From Bacteroidota bacterium (GTDB lineage Bacteria; Bacteroidota; Ignavibacteria; Kapaibacteriales; UBA961), in contig JAFDZU010000005.1 in the NCBI GenBank assembly GCA_018266765.1, positions 24,312 to 88,311 on the forward strand: 64,000 bases of DNA. Reading direction: 5' to 3'. Of this stretch, positions 1 through 10,150 are shown one piece after another. The notes beneath the pieces were generated by a model. That model was not told the origin of the DNA. It did no database searches and saw only the letters and a list, made by a program, of their open reading frames with translations. A program made the position numbers and the translations under genes. Every line of letters starts with the position of its first letter. Position 1 is the first letter of the stretch.

Positions 1-863
1 CAAAGATTTGATTTTCTATCGCTTCCCGTGATTTTTTTTCATGGGTTTGTTGCATGAATACTCTTAGTTCATCACGAAGTTCTTCCGTAGTTGTTAATCG
101 TCCTTTTGTGTATTTTTCTACAAATTCATTTGAAAAATCGGCAGGAACAACTTTTTGAATTTCCATTACGGTACAAAGGTATCTCAGAGGAAGGTTCTCT
201 TCATCTTTTGCAGGTTCCACATAATTAAATGTATCACCGAGACGAGTATTGAGCAGTGAAGATTTGAGGTCATCATCCACTTCTTCATTATCCAAGAATA
301 ATTCTTCCTCATGTGGCTTTTCGGAGAGCACCGGCATGTTCGTTTCATCATCGAGAGGAGTAAACTTAACCTTCACAAGGTGCATGTAATCTGTTACTTG
401 TTCAGCAGGTTCGAGAGTTGATGACCTTAAAAGCATTTCATCAATTTCACGAGTAACATCTTCATCAGAAATAGAATATGTTGGTTTTACTAAACTTAGA
501 TTTTTATAATTACCAAGCTCAAAATTAGGAATAATCTCGTAGCGTATAACAAATGTAACACCATTAGGATCTTTGCGGATATCACGAAGAGAAGGATTAC
601 CCAATATTCGTAAATTATCGCGACGAGCTATTGTTGTAAATTCTTCGTTAGCAATATTCTCCAACGCTTCGTTTTCAATTGCACGTCCGAAACGCTGTTT
701 AATAATAGGAAGAGGAACTTTTCCTTTACGGAAACCGGCCACTTCAATATTTTTTGCGGCTTCGGAATATGCTTTATTGTAGTGGGGCTGGAGTTCGTGA
801 TTCGCGAGGGTAATCTCAGCTTCTTGTGTGCAGAGATCGAGAGTAATATAATTCGTTTCCAAA
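1..863 (-). CDS. tig: Trigger factor, N-terminal part. Gene runs off the window start; probable TTG start at 863.
   Basis: Minus-strand translation contains the trigger-factor signature GFRKGKVP about 42 aa after the start (…NIEVAGFRKGKVPLPIIKQRFG…). Reading frame is open to position 1. An upstream in-frame TAA leaves TTG as the only plausible start. Confidence 0.85.
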
Positions 864-958
864 CAAAAATCCTTTGTTGAGTTTGCTGAAAGTTAAAAAC
901 TTATAATTAATAATCGTTGATATGACTGAACATAAGGTATGTCATACGAAGATAAGAG

Positions 959-1040
959 TGCGGATGGGGAGGGTCGAACTCCCATGTGTTTCCACGCTAG
1001 ATCCTAAGTCTAGTGCGTCTGCCAATTTCGCCACATCCGC
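959..1040 (-). tRNA. tRNA-Leu (anticodon TAG), type II with long variable arm; CCA not encoded
   Basis: Reverse complement folds as a cloverleaf. Acceptor GCGGATG/CATCCGC. Anticodon stem CTAGA/TCTAG with loop CTTAGGA. Variable arm CGTGGAAACACATG. T-arm GGGAG-TTCGACC-CTCCC. Confidence 0.8.
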
Positions 1041-1159
1041 TTTTTTAAGAATACAAAAATAACGATGTTTTTGATGAAAATGAATAATTTTGTTAAAATT
1101 AACTGTATCTTACGGTTGTTTCTGTGTCTCTGAATTACATTTAAAGTCATCATAACTCA

Positions 1160-2518
1160 ATGCAAAACGACGGATACGAATGTATTATTATTGGAGCAGG
1201 AGTAGCAGGAATTACTGCTGCTGTTGAATTAGCCAAAGCAAAAAAAAGAGTATTACTACTCGAATCTAAGAGCTATATCGGGGGTCGTGCTCGTTCATTT
1301 ACAGACACCACAACAGGTGAAACAATCGATAATGGACAGCATGTTCTTATGGGATGCTATACTTCTTTACTTTCAGTTTTAAAAGAACTTAGAACAGAAC
1401 AACTCCTTATAAAACAAAGCACCCTCACAGTAAATTTTATAGATAGTAAAGGACAACGCGACCTATTGGATACCTCTAAATTTCCGGGAAAAACCGGTGT
1501 TGCTTTTGGTATAGCTAACCTTCGTAATATTTCTTGGAAATCAAAATTTCATGCCCTCAAACTTGCAATACGTTTGCAACTTGGTACTTTCTCAACCAAA
1601 AATTTAACCGCTCAAGATTTTTTAAAAAAATATAATCAACCACAAGAAATAATTGAACGGTTTTGGAACCCGATTATCCTTGCTACACTCAATTCAACTC
1701 CACATCAAGCGGCGGCATCGCTCTTGGTTGAAGTATTGCGTCTTGCATTTTTTGGCGAAAGAGATGCCTCTCAAATTCTTATACCTTCTGTCGGATTATC
1801 AGCATTATTTGATACATTTCCACAATGGCTCGAACAACATGGGGGTAGTCTTTTACTTGGGACTACAGTAGATAAGATAGAAATTAAGAATGGTGCCATT
1901 TCAGGTATAACTACTTCAAGAGGTGAACATTTCAAAGCAAAAACTATTATTACCGCTCTGCCACCAAAACAGCTTTTAAAAATTCTTCCTATTGAATTGC
2001 AATCTCACGAGAAATTTTCAGCGTTACATAAGTATCAATTTTCACCGATTGTTTCTGTCTATCTATGGTATGATAGGGCTTGGTGTGACATAGATTTTGC
2101 GGCAATGCTTGGCACTACTACTCAATGGGTGTTTAACCGTCGCAAAATCATTCCTCATGATAATTCACTACAAGTCAAATACCCCGGACACATATCTCTA
2201 ACCGTTAGCGCGGGGAATGAGCTTATTGAATCAAGCCCTGAACAAGTAGTGATGCTCTGCAATGAAGAATTAAAAAGTGCTTTTCCTGAGTTTGCTAACG
2301 CAGAATTACAGGCATGGAAAGTAATTAAAGAAAAATCAGCGACATTTCTTTCTACACCGACGATGGAAATGCAACGAATACCAACAAAAACATTTATATC
2401 AAATTTATTTCTTGCCGGTGATTGGACTGATACTAAACTTCCGGCAACTCTCGAAGGTGCGGCACAAAGTGGCAAATATGCCGCTCATTTTGTATCGGAT
2501 TTACTTCAAAAACGATAA
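1160..2518 (+). CDS. FAD-dependent oxidoreductase of the amine-oxidase/phytoene-desaturase superfamily, HpnE-like
   Basis: N-terminal dinucleotide-binding motif IIGAGVAGITAA. Motifs GGRARSF and DNGQHVLMGCY match the hydroxysqualene dehydroxylase / CrtI-like pattern. No hpnCD neighbours. Confidence 0.55.
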   Translation: MQNDGYECIIIGAGVAGITAAVELAKAKKRVLLLESKSYIGGRARSFTDTTTGETIDNGQHVLMGCYTSLLSVLKELRTEQLLIKQSTLTVNFIDSKGQRDLLDTSKFPGKTGVAFGIANLRNISWKSKFHALKLAIRLQLGTFSTKNLTAQDFLKKYNQPQEIIERFWNPIILATLNSTPHQAAASLLVEVLRLAFFGERDASQILIPSVGLSALFDTFPQWLEQHGGSLLLGTTVDKIEIKNGAISGITTSRGEHFKAKTIITALPPKQLLKILPIELQSHEKFSALHKYQFSPIVSVYLWYDRAWCDIDFAAMLGTTTQWVFNRRKIIPHDNSLQVKYPGHISLTVSAGNELIESSPEQVVMLCNEELKSAFPEFANAELQAWKVIKEKSATFLSTPTMEMQRIPTKTFISNLFLAGDWTDTKLPATLEGAAQSGKYAAHFVSDLLQKR

Positions 2519-2650
2519 TATTTCCATATCAAATTAAATCTTTAAAGAATAATTTAGTGGATTTACAGTGATTTTTTTGGCGGTTTTGACTAAAAATCTT
2601 ATATTTGCGGTTCACAGTTTTGAACTCATCTCAATTTTTGGATAAAAATC

Positions 2651-2959
2651 ATGTTTGCAGTTGTTGAAATCTCAAAAGAACAGTATAATGTTCGTCCGGC
2701 TCAAGTCCTTACAGTAGCTAAACTTGAAGGCGAAGTTGGCGCAACACTTGAATTTACAAATATCTTGGCAGGCGGTAACGAAAACAGCCCTACTCTTGGT
2801 GCTCCTTATATAAAAGGTACAGTAAGTGCTACTATAGTTGGGCATGGCAAAGGTGATAAAGTATTGGTTTTCCATAAAAAACGCCGTAAAGGATACCAAA
2901 AAATGAATGGTCATCGCCAAAAATACACTCAAATCCAAATTAACAATATTCAGCTTTAA
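2651..2959 (+). CDS. rplU: 50S ribosomal protein L21
   Basis: MFAVVEISKEQYNV… has typical L21 N-terminus and length (102 aa). Immediately upstream of rpmA. Confidence 0.9.
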   Translation: MFAVVEISKEQYNVRPAQVLTVAKLEGEVGATLEFTNILAGGNENSPTLGAPYIKGTVSATIVGHGKGDKVLVFHKKRRKGYQKMNGHRQKYTQIQINNIQL

Positions 2960-3041
2960 TTTTTCATTTGAGAAATTGACTGATTATTGGATTTACGTAG
3001 CGAATATAAATTTATATATATAAAATCAAAGGAAAAGTATC

Positions 3042-3299
3042 ATGGCACATAAAAAAGGTGGCGGCTCTACCAAGAACGGAAGAGATTCAAATTCCCAACG
3101 TCTCGGCGTTAAAAAATTTGGTGGCGAAGTTGTTAAAGCAGGAAACATTATCATTCGTCAGCACGGTACACATTTTCATATTGGAAATGGAACCGGCTTA
3201 GGTAAGGATTATACAATCTTTGCTTTGGTAGAGGGAGCGGTTAAATTTGAACGTAAAGATAAATATCGCACTAAAGTTTCTGTCTATCCGATAGCATAA
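3042..3299 (+). CDS. rpmA: 50S ribosomal protein L27
   Basis: [29 protein letters not shown]…IIIRQHGT is a canonical L27 sequence. AAGGAAAAG ribosome-binding site upstream. Confidence 0.95.
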   Translation: MAHKKGGGSTKNGRDSNSQRLGVKKFGGEVVKAGNIIIRQHGTHFHIGNGTGLGKDYTIFALVEGAVKFERKDKYRTKVSVYPIA

Positions 3300-3325
3300 A
3301 CTTTTTAGCAAGTAGAATACTCACA

Positions 3326-3362
3326 GAAAAACCACATTGAAGTTGTTTCAATGTGGTTTTTC
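3326..3362. terminator. Bidirectional rho-independent terminator shared by rpmA (+) and rnc (-)
   Basis: Stem accacattga / tcaatgtggt with 7-nt loop. Flanked by an A-run upstream and a T-run downstream. Confidence 0.6.
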
Positions 3363-3400
3363 TATTTTGCTTAGAATTACTTTCAATGTGATTTTTCAAA

Positions 3401-4198
3401 TTATAACGCCTTCCCCATTCTTTTATCGAGAGCGTCTTTGGCAGCAAGTTGTTCGGCTTGTTTTTTGTTTTTACCTGTACCTGTACCAAAAATTTCTCCT
3501 GCAACTTGAACAGCTACGACAAATTCCTTTTCGTGGTCAGGCCCAAATTCTTTTGTAACAACATATTTTGGCGATTCCTTACCTTCAGATTGAACAAGCT
3601 CAAGAAAAATACTTTTGAAGTTTGTATCCTTCATAAGTTGTTCGTTCATCATAATTGGAAGCAACGATTGAATAATAAATTTTTCCACGTTTTCTATACC
3701 CGAGTCAAGATACATGGCTGCTATAACCGACTCAATCGCATCAGCAAGCATAGTTTCATTACCTTTTTGGAGCGATTGCCCTGCACTAAAACTTACCATT
3801 AAGAAATCTTCTAAATGCAAGTGTCGAGCGCAGAGTGCAAGTGATTTGCGGTTTACAAGCCACGAGCGCATTTTCGTTAGTTCACCTTCTTGGTCTTGAG
3901 TATAGTTATAAAATAAATATTCTGCGACAACTGAACCCAGAATAGAATCGCCTAAAAATTCTAAGCGTTCGTTCGACGTAAGATTAGGTATATTAGCGAC
4001 TTGTAAATAAGAACGGTGGGTAAGTGCTTGCTCAAAATATGCTACATTTGAAATTTTAGTTCCTAATGTTTTTTCGAGAGCAGATTTTCGTTTATCGTCT
4101 AAAAATCCAACAATCGGGAACATTTGTTCCTTGTCTGATTTTTGTAAATGAGTAAGCCGGAGAAAATTGCTATAAATTTGCTGAAGAATATCTTTCAC
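3401..4198 (-). CDS. rnc: Ribonuclease III; true start may be the internal Met (MFPIVGF…)
   Basis: ERLEFLGDSILG RNase III catalytic signature, with ALTHRS upstream. C-terminal dsRBD-like region (…GKNKKQAEQLAAKDAL…). Confidence 0.9.
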   Translation of the reverse strand: MKDILQQIYSNFLRLTHLQKSDKEQMFPIVGFLDDKRKSALEKTLGTKISNVAYFEQALTHRSYLQVANIPNLTSNERLEFLGDSILGSVVAEYLFYNYTQDQEGELTKMRSWLVNRKSLALCARHLHLEDFLMVSFSAGQSLQKGNETMLADAIESVIAAMYLDSGIENVEKFIIQSLLPIMMNEQLMKDTNFKSIFLELVQSEGKESPKYVVTKEFGPDHEKEFVVAVQVAGEIFGTGTGKNKKQAEQLAAKDALDKRMGKAL

Positions 4199-4260
4199 AG
4201 GTAAATTGACTTTTATTAATTTTAAATGTGCTGGAAATATCAGAATTTAGGATAGGTATA

Positions 4261-4290
4261 AAAAAAGGTCAGACTTAACTGCCTGACCTA
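4261..4290 (-). terminator. Rho-independent terminator downstream of fabF
   Basis: Read on the minus strand: aggtcag-gcagttaagt-ctgacct hairpin followed by TTTTTTT. Confidence 0.5.
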
Positions 4291-4352
4291 TAAAGGCACT
4301 ACTATTTCAGAAACACGAAAAAAAAACCATTCATACTATACACTTTCTAAAA

Positions 4353-5612
4353 TTATTCTTCAAACGCCTTAAAGCAAAGCGAAGCATTGTGTCCACCAAA
4401 TCCGAACGTATTGCTAATCGCCGCTCTAATTTTTCGAGCAACAGGTTTATTTGGCACATAAAACAAATCACATGCAGGGTCTGGAGTTTGATAATTTATT
4501 GTTGGTGGAATCATAGATTCCTTGATAGCTAGCACTGTTGCAATCGCTTCAATCGCTCCTGCCGCACCAAGTAAGTGTCCGGTCATGGATTTGGTAGAAC
4601 TGACTGCGATTTCGTTTGCACGCTCGCCAAACACAGTTTTAATTGCTTCCGATTCATTCTTGTCATTAAAGGGAGTCGAAGTTCCGTGAGCATTGATATA
4701 ATCAATATCAGCAGGAAGAAGTCCGGCATCTTCAATACAAATTTGCATTGATCGCACAGCACCTTCTCCGCCCGGGGCAGGTTGAGTTATATGAAAAGCA
4801 TCGTCTGTAAGTCCCATTCCACTAACTTCAGCATAGATTTTAGCTCCACGATTTACTGCATGTTCATAGGTTTCAAGAACTAACATTCCACTTCCTTCAC
4901 CCATAACAAATCCATCACGTTCAGCATCAAACGGACGGCTTGCGGTTTCGGGTGAGTCATTACGTGTCGAAAGAGCTTTCATTGCATTGAATCCACCAAT
5001 ACCCATCGGACAAATCACCGCTTCTGTTCCACCGACTAACATAACATCAGCATTGCCACGTTGAAGTAACATCAAAGCATCAGCAATTGAATGCGATGAG
5101 GTTGCACAAGCAGAAACCGTTGCATAGTTAGGCCCTTTTAGCCCCCACCGAATAGCCACATGTCCTGCCGCAATATCAGAAATAAGCATAGGAACAAAAA
5201 ATGGTGAAATCCTATCGGGTTTACCATTGCGTTCGTAGAGATTTGTTTGCTGATGATGATAAGTCCACATCCCACCAATACCCGAGCCGATAATAACTCC
5301 AACTCGGTTACGATCTGTTTTTTCAAAATCAATTCCTGAATCCTCTACAGCCATAACTGACGACGAAATAGCAAATTGCGTAAATAAATCCATACGCTGT
5401 ATTTCTTTGCGATTCATACAAAGAAGTGGGTCGTAATTCTTTACTTCACAAGCAAATTGCGTATCGAAATCAGTTGGATCGAAACGTGTTATTGGTCCGC
5501 CACCGGATTTGCCGGACATCATGCCATCCCAGAATTCACGGGCAGTATTGCCAATCGGCGTAACTGCGCCGATACCGGTAACAACAATTTTTGGAAAATT
5601 ATAGCGCGGCAT
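4353..5612 (-). CDS. fabF: 3-oxoacyl-ACP synthase II
   Basis: 419 aa. KIVVTGIGAVTPIGN… start, active-site region …SACATSSHSI…, GGHNASL near the C-terminus. Position directly after acpP. Confidence 0.95.
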   Translation of the reverse strand: MPRYNFPKIVVTGIGAVTPIGNTAREFWDGMMSGKSGGGPITRFDPTDFDTQFACEVKNYDPLLCMNRKEIQRMDLFTQFAISSSVMAVEDSGIDFEKTDRNRVGVIIGSGIGGMWTYHHQQTNLYERNGKPDRISPFFVPMLISDIAAGHVAIRWGLKGPNYATVSACATSSHSIADALMLLQRGNADVMLVGGTEAVICPMGIGGFNAMKALSTRNDSPETASRPFDAERDGFVMGEGSGMLVLETYEHAVNRGAKIYAEVSGMGLTDDAFHITQPAPGGEGAVRSMQICIEDAGLLPADIDYINAHGTSTPFNDKNESEAIKTVFGERANEIAVSSTKSMTGHLLGAAGAIEAIATVLAIKESMIPPTINYQTPDPACDLFYVPNKPVARKIRAAISNTFGFGGHNASLCFKAFEE

Positions 5613-5766
5613 AGTTTAATTAAGTGATTGTATCAAAGACACTGTAATTGTAAATCTTCTCAATATAATATAAAGGGAATGTATCTTTCACAGAAGCACT
5701 CCCTTCTGTTTGACCAAACTGATTCTTTGATTTATCATGCTTTTACAAAAGCAAGTAATTCAAAGA

Positions 5767-6006
5767 TTAAGCAGGAACTTTCGATTCTAAATATGTAACT
5801 GCATCACCTACTGTTTGAATTTTTTCAGCATCAGAATCTTCGATTGTGAGATTAAATGAGCGTTCAAATTCCATGATAAGCTCTACCGTATCAAGCGAAT
5901 CTGCGCCTAAGTCGTTTGTAAATGAAGCCGCTGAAGTTACTTGTGCTTCTTCTACTCCTAATTTATTAACGATAATTTCTGTTACTTTATCTGCTACAGC
6001 CGACAT
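5767..6006 (-). CDS. acpP: Acyl carrier protein
   Basis: 79 aa with the [14 protein letters not shown] phosphopantetheine attachment motif. Confidence 0.95.
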   Translation of the reverse strand: MSAVADKVTEIIVNKLGVEEAQVTSAASFTNDLGADSLDTVELIMEFERSFNLTIEDSDAEKIQTVGDAVTYLESKVPA

Positions 6007-6093
6007 AGCTATTACTCCTAATATTTAAATAAAAAAATTGAAAACAATATAACCATATTAAAAAACATTCTTTTTTAAGTGTTCAGCATCGAA

Positions 6094-6843
6094 TTACATT
6101 GCTAAACCACCATCAACACTCAATACTTGTCCGGTCACATAATTGGCATCGTCCGACATGAAAAATGCAACAACAGAGGCAATTTCTTCTGCTTGTGCCG
6201 CTCGTTTTAGCGGTATCATTGTAGCAAAAGCGTTCCGTTGTTCTTCTGTTAATTTTTCCGTCATATCGGTTTCTACATAACCCGGAGCAATGCAATTTAC
6301 TAAAATATTTCGAGATGCGAGTTCTTTTGCCAGAGATTTTGTAAGCCCGATAATACCTGCTTTAGACGAACAATAATTTACTTGTCCCGGATTTCCGTTA
6401 ATCCCGACAATTGAACCAATGTTAATAATCTTTCCCTTGCGCTGTGACATCATTGTGCGGCAGACTGCTTTACAACAAAGAAACGCACCTTTTAAATTAG
6501 TATCAAGCACATCATCCCAATCTTTCTCGCTCATTCGCATAAGCAAAGTATCGCGAGTTATTCCTGCATTATTGACAAGAACATCTACTCGTCCAACTTC
6601 TTTAATAACTTCATCTACAAGTTCTTTAACTGACTGTTCGGATGTAATTTCTACTCGAAGAAATCGAACACTAAAGCCATCATTTGTTAATTCGTCTTGA
6701 ATTGCCTTTGCTTTTTCTTCGTTACTGTTAAACGTAGCATATACTCTCGCTCCTTCTGAAGCTAAGCGACGAACAATTGCTTCACCAATTCCGCGTGAAC
6801 CGCCGGTTACTATTGCGACTTTTCCTGCAAATCTTTTTTCCAT
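6094..6843 (-). CDS. fabG: 3-oxoacyl-ACP reductase
   Basis: SDR fold: TGGSRGIG, NNAG, catalytic Y-x3-K region (YCSSKAG). Position between fabD and acpP. Confidence 0.9.
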   Translation of the reverse strand: MEKRFAGKVAIVTGGSRGIGEAIVRRLASEGARVYATFNSNEEKAKAIQDELTNDGFSVRFLRVEITSEQSVKELVDEVIKEVGRVDVLVNNAGITRDTLLMRMSEKDWDDVLDTNLKGAFLCCKAVCRTMMSQRKGKIINIGSIVGINGNPGQVNYCSSKAGIIGLTKSLAKELASRNILVNCIAPGYVETDMTEKLTEEQRNAFATMIPLKRAAQAEEIASVVAFFMSDDANYVTGQVLSVDGGLAM

Positions 6844-6877
6844 TATTACCTCAAATACGTATTGAGTGTTTGTTTAG

Positions 6878-7792
6878 TTACACTATCTTGTGAATATCAC
6901 TGACGGTGTCAAATCCTGAAAATATCGCACCTGTAAGTGTTCTTTTTACTAATCCTTGCAATACTTTTCCCGGACCAATTTCTATAAAATTTGATATTCC
7001 GGCTGACTGCATATTTACCATCGTTTCTGTCCACCTGACAGGCGATACGAGTTGTTCGATGAGAGACTTACGTAATTCATCAGCTTCTTTTTCGGGCTGA
7101 GCCGAAATATTACAGTAAACATTTTTTGAACTATTATTAAACTTTGTAGAATGAATTGCTTCGGCAAGACGTTCTTTAGCAGATTCTAATAGTGGCGAAT
7201 GAAATGCACCGCTTACAGGAAGTTCAGTCACCATTCGCGCTCCGGCTTTTTTAAATGTTGCGATATGCTCACGTAAAAATTCAGCCGAACCGGAAACAAC
7301 AACTTGCCCGGGTGAATTATAATTAGCCGCAACGATAATTCCACCATTTCCGTTCAAATTCAAACAAATATCATTGACAACTTCATCTGCCAGACCAATT
7401 ATGGCAAGCATTGTTCCGGGTTTATCTTCTCCGGCTCTGAACATCAATTCACCACGCAAAGCTACAAGCTTGAGTGCATCTTCAAATCCAAGTACACCTG
7501 CGGCATACAGCGCGGAGTATTCGCCGAGTGAATGTCCGGCGACTGCTTCAAACAATATCTTATCTTTTAATAAATCTACTAATATTGCTTCATGGACAAA
7601 TAATGCTGGTTGTGTATAACGAGTTTCTTTGAGAGTTTCTACTGGCCCATCATAACAAATAGAACTCAGCGAAAAGCCAAGAATATCATCCGCTTGTATG
7701 ATACGAGTTTGTGCTTGAGGGAATTCACCCGCAAGCTCTCTTATCATACCAACATACTGCGAACCTTGTCCTGCAAAAAGAAGTGCATTCAT
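6878..7792 (-). CDS. fabD: Malonyl CoA-ACP transacylase
   Basis: LFAGQGSQYVGM start and GHSLGEYSAL active-site serine motif. Confidence 0.9.
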   Translation of the reverse strand: MNALLFAGQGSQYVGMIRELAGEFPQAQTRIIQADDILGFSLSSICYDGPVETLKETRYTQPALFVHEAILVDLLKDKILFEAVAGHSLGEYSALYAAGVLGFEDALKLVALRGELMFRAGEDKPGTMLAIIGLADEVVNDICLNLNGNGGIIVAANYNSPGQVVVSGSAEFLREHIATFKKAGARMVTELPVSGAFHSPLLESAKERLAEAIHSTKFNNSSKNVYCNISAQPEKEADELRKSLIEQLVSPVRWTETMVNMQSAGISNFIEIGPGKVLQGLVKRTLTGAIFSGFDTVSDIHKIV

Positions 7793-7814
7793 CGAAAATT
7801 AAACCTCAGAATAA

Positions 7815-8801
7815 TTATTTCATTCCCCAACGAAGATAAATACTTCCCCACGTATAACCGGCACCAAAACTTGCTAAAATCACACCATCACCGTATTTTA
7901 GTTTTCCTTGTTGCCATAATTCAGACAGACATATTGGAATTGTTCCGGCTGTTGTGTTTCCATAACGGTCAATATTAATCATTACTTTATCAGGACTTAG
8001 TCCCATGCGCCGAGCAGTGGCATCAATAATTCGTAGATTTGCTTGATGAGGTACAAGCCATGTAATATCGTCTGCTGTTAAATTATTTTTCTCCATAATT
8101 TCAGCAGAAACATCAGCCATGCCAACCACAGCAGATTTAAAAACCGTTTGACCATCTTGAACTGCATAATGTTCTTTATTATCTACTGTTTCGTGTGATG
8201 GAGGATTCGCACTGCCACCGGATTTCATGTAGAGAAAATCTCCACCCTTTCCATCCATTTTTAAGATGCTGTCTTTAATTCCTATGTTATTATCTTCTGA
8301 ATGTTCTATAAGAACAACACCTGCTCCATCTCCAAATAAGATAAAGGTAGAGCGGTCGTCAGGATTTAAAATCGAACTCATTTTATCTGCTCCGCATACC
8401 AATACTCGGCGAACTTGTTTGGATTCAACAAGTGCAGCTCCTGTCATTAGCCCGTAGAGGAAGCCAGAACAAGCAGCCGACAGGTCAAATCCCCATGCTT
8501 TAGTTAAGCCCAATTTACGCTGAACAGTAGCCGCAGTCGAGGGAAACATATTATCAGGAGTAACGGTGCAAACTATAACGCAGTCAATATCTTCAGGAGT
8601 AAGTCCGCGTTGTTCGAGGCATTCTTTTGCCGCAGGAACAATCAAATCGGAAGTTGCACCTTCCAATAAAAAACGGCGTTCTTTAATTCCTGTTCGTGTT
8701 CGTATCCACTCGTCAGACGTATCCAAACGACTTTCAAAATATGAATTTGGAAAAACATCAGGAGGAACAAAATGAGCAACTGCCGTAATATTTGCGGGCA
8801 T
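7815..8801 (-). CDS. fabH: 3-oxoacyl-ACP synthase III
   Basis: 328 aa. DEWIRTRTGIKERR, AACSGF active-site Cys, C-terminal GFGAGYTWGS. Confidence 0.9.
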   Translation of the reverse strand: MPANITAVAHFVPPDVFPNSYFESRLDTSDEWIRTRTGIKERRFLLEGATSDLIVPAAKECLEQRGLTPEDIDCVIVCTVTPDNMFPSTAATVQRKLGLTKAWGFDLSAACSGFLYGLMTGAALVESKQVRRVLVCGADKMSSILNPDDRSTFILFGDGAGVVLIEHSEDNNIGIKDSILKMDGKGGDFLYMKSGGSANPPSHETVDNKEHYAVQDGQTVFKSAVVGMADVSAEIMEKNNLTADDITWLVPHQANLRIIDATARRMGLSPDKVMINIDRYGNTTAGTIPICLSELWQQGKLKYGDGVILASFGAGYTWGSIYLRWGMK

Positions 8802-8817
8802 AAGTAGTATCTTTCGG

Positions 8818-9843
8818 TTAATTGTTATCGGTTGGAATTACAAGGGATGCCAGAGTCGTTGCTATCAATCCGTTTACATTTTTAGATGCAACATCAACAG
8901 CGCGAACTATCATATTTTGGATTGCTTTAGGAGAAGATTTACCATGACCTATAATAGCCACACCATTCACCCCAAGTAGCGGAACACCGCCATATTCCTG
9001 ATAATCAAATTCTTTGAGAACTTTTCTTAGTGTCGGAGCCATCGCCCCAACTGCTATTTTCTCAAGGAATCCCTTATCAGCATGTTGTTTAATTTTAGCT
9101 TTTAGAACTCCAATGATACTTTCGGCAAATTTCAGAATAATATTGCCTGTAAATCCATCACAAACAAACACATCTGCTTCTCCGAATAAAATATCTCGTC
9201 CCTCTACATTGCCAATAAAATTTAGAGCACTTTGCTGTAATAATTCATACGTTTGAAGAACGATTTCAGTGCCTTTGGTACTCTCCTCGCCGATATTGAG
9301 AAGTCCGACTTTAGGAGTTACAACATTTAATATTTGTGAATAATAAATACTGCCCATAATTGCAAACTCGTAGAGGTGTCTCGGTTTACAATCAATATTA
9401 GCACCTGCATCCACAAGCAATGCCGGACGAGTGTTCACTGTTGGAAAGAACGAACCGATAGTTGGGCGGCTCACGCCTTTAATTCTTCCCAAAACCAATG
9501 TAGCAGTCGTCATAACTGCTCCTGTGTTTCCGGCAGAAACAAAGCCCTCAGCACCACCATTTGCATGAAGTTCTATCCCTTTATACAAGGAAGAATTACG
9601 CTTTTTTTTAACTACGGTACTTGGCTCATCACCCATCCCGACAATATCGTCGGCATGAAAGATAGAATATCGCAATTTAGAAGCATCAACCTTGGAAAGT
9701 GAAGCTAGGATATCGCTCTCGCGACCAACAAAAACGACCTCTAATTCCGTTGTAGAAGGAATAGATTGAGCGGCTAATATTGCACCTTGTACTTCATTGT
9801 CGGGCGCATAATCACCACCCATTGCATCAAGTGCTATTCTCAT
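8818..9843 (-). CDS. plsX: Phosphate acyltransferase PlsX
   Basis: MRIALDAMGGDYAP… canonical PlsX N-terminus, 341 aa, downstream of rpmF. Confidence 0.9.
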   Translation of the reverse strand: MRIALDAMGGDYAPDNEVQGAILAAQSIPSTTELEVVFVGRESDILASLSKVDASKLRYSIFHADDIVGMGDEPSTVVKKKRNSSLYKGIELHANGGAEGFVSAGNTGAVMTTATLVLGRIKGVSRPTIGSFFPTVNTRPALLVDAGANIDCKPRHLYEFAIMGSIYYSQILNVVTPKVGLLNIGEESTKGTEIVLQTYELLQQSALNFIGNVEGRDILFGEADVFVCDGFTGNIILKFAESIIGVLKAKIKQHADKGFLEKIAVGAMAPTLRKVLKEFDYQEYGGVPLLGVNGVAIIGHGKSSPKAIQNMIVRAVDVASKNVNGLIATTLASLVIPTDNN

Positions 9844-9960
9844 TATGCCCTAAGGGAGTTTGAAGAATTGATTCTCTGCAAGAAAAAACACGAAATTTGC
9901 ACTTGCTCGCTTTTAGTTATTTAATGCAAGCAAATTGCAATATCTGTTATTCTACTGAAA

Positions 9961-10123
9961 TTACTTTACGGCCGTTATAGTACCCACAATCAGGGCAAGC
10001 GGCATGCGATAATTTTACCGAATTACAGTTTGGGCAGGTTGAAGTTGTAGGAGCAACTGCCTTATAATGAGTGCGGCGTTTATCGCGGCGTGATTTAGAA
10101 TGGCGGCGTTTAGGATTTGGCAT
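9961..10123 (-). CDS. rpmF: 50S ribosomal protein L32; not in the supplied ORF track
   Basis: Minus-strand translation gives MPNPKRRHSKSRRDKRRTHYKAVAPTTSTCPNCNSVKLSHAACPDCGYYNGRKV*. L32 N-terminus and CxxC…CxxC zinc ribbon; sits between yceD and plsX. Confidence 0.85.
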
Positions 10124-10150
10124 CTCGAGATCTCCAAAAAAAATTAGAAA

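Noticed and set aside
573-782. 69-aa plus-strand ORF
   Set aside because: Lies entirely antisense within the trigger factor coding region. Basic, low-complexity product with no start context.
1653-2475. Small ORFs on both strands inside the HpnE-like gene (1653-1871 +, 2155-2475 -)
   Set aside because: Nested within or antisense to a well-supported 452-aa ORF with clear FAD-binding motifs.
3271-3899. Several 60-120-aa ORFs overlapping rnc and the rpmA terminator (3271-3504, 3337-3558, 3449-3802, 3714-3899)
   Set aside because: Antisense or out-of-frame with RNase III, which carries an unambiguous catalytic signature. The ORFs are K/F-rich low-complexity artefacts of AT-rich sequence.
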